A program made the translations under genes and the position numbers. Source: a virus. From it: DNA of 25,131 nt. The stretch lies in IMG/VR virus record IMGVR_UViG_3300035205_000874; one strand, 5' to 3'. Every line of letters begins with the position of its first letter. Position 1 is the stretch's first letter. The notes beneath the pieces were generated by a model. The model made no database searches. It worked only from the letters and a program-made list of their open reading frames with translations, and had not been told where the DNA came from. Positions 24,493 to 25,131 of the stretch are shown here, piece after piece.

Positions 24493-25131
24493 ATGAAAAT
24501 ATTAGGAATAAACGCACTAAACCACGATGCCGCTATCACACTTATAGAAGATGGTGAGATTTTGTTTGCTGGTCATAGTGAACGATATAGTGGAATCAAG
24601 AATGACTCTGATTTAAACGCAGCATTATTTGCAGATTGCCATAGACTTGGTGGTAAACCAGATAAAGTTGTATATTTTGAAAGACCATATCTAAAAAAGT
24701 TAAGACAATTAAAAGCAGGTCAATATGGTGAAGTATTATCTCGTAAGAATCTACCATCTTATTATCTACGAGATTTTGTTGGTAATGCAGAAATAGAATA
24801 TGTTCAACACCACCAATCTCATGCTGCAGCAGGATATTTTACAAGTCCATATGAAGAATCAGCTATCGTAGTTATAGATGCCATAGGAGAGTTTGAAACT
24901 TGTTCTATTTGGTACGCGTGGGGAAGTCATTTTGAGAAACGATATACACTAAAATATCCAAATTCACTTGGTCTTTGGTATAGTGCAATGACTCAACGAT
25001 TAGGATTGAAACCACAAGAAGATGAATACATTCTTATGGGAATGGCAGGTTGGGGAACACAAGACCACAAACTAAAGAATAGTATTCGTGAAGATTTCTT
25101 TAATGATTCTGATAAACTGATTGATTTAAAG
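24493..25131 (+). CDS. Carbamoyltransferase, NodU/CmcH/TobZ family, N-terminal part (3'-truncated; not in the ORF track)
   Basis: My translation: MKILGINALNHDAAITLIEDGEILFAGHSERYSGIKND...HHQSHAAAGYFTSPY...VVIDAIGE...SLGLWYSAMTQRLGLKPQEDEYILMGMAGWG. Open to the window end. GAGGT at 24485-24489. Confidence 0.93.
   Translation, partial: MKILGINALNHDAAITLIEDGEILFAGHSERYSGIKNDSDLNAALFADCHRLGGKPDKVVYFERPYLKKLRQLKAGQYGEVLSRKNLPSYYLRDFVGNAEIEYVQHHQSHAAAGYFTSPYEESAIVVIDAIGEFETCSIWYAWGSHFEKRYTLKYPNSLGLWYSAMTQRLGLKPQEDEYILMGMAGWGTQDHKLKNSIREDFFNDSDKLIDLK

Noticed and set aside
2-25131. Stop-codon reassignment (code 4, 15 or 25)
   Set aside because: TAA, TGA and TAG all terminate full-length genes at tight junctions (e.g. 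TAG at 10588, 11348, 19585; TGA at 736, 5222). No gene looks fragmented.
1-25131. CRISPR arrays, tRNA/rRNA genes, transposases, introns/inteins, diversity-generating retroelement
   Set aside because: No non-coding space, no regularly spaced repeats, and no transposase, reverse transcriptase or homing-endonuclease motifs were seen.

Overview
Very AT-rich 25 kb window fully occupied by 27 co-oriented (+ strand) coding regions. The largest intergenic gap is 21 bp, and most junctions overlap or abut. Shine-Dalgarno-like motifs, TTG/GTG starts and use of all three stop codons indicate prokaryotic translation with code 11. The content is a glycan synthesis and tailoring island: two GT7 (beta-1,4-galactosyltransferase-like) proteins interrupted by a LamG domain, five paralogous GT10-like proteins, one GT2-like protein, a non-canonical transaldolase-family gene coupled to kdsA and kdsB, three radical SAM enzymes, five SAM methyltransferase domains (one fused to MORN-type repeats), two SGNH-fold proteins, an SDR, three paralogues of an unknown ParB/sulfiredoxin-like family, a 34-aa ORF, and a 3'-truncated NodU/CmcH carbamoyltransferase. 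The last two are missing from the supplied ORF track. By eye there are no membrane, export, housekeeping or phage hallmark genes. A large phage or virus origin is plausible but unproven; a cellular glycan island is not excluded. No RNA genes, CRISPR arrays or mobile elements were seen. All family calls come from motif recognition by eye, not database searches.
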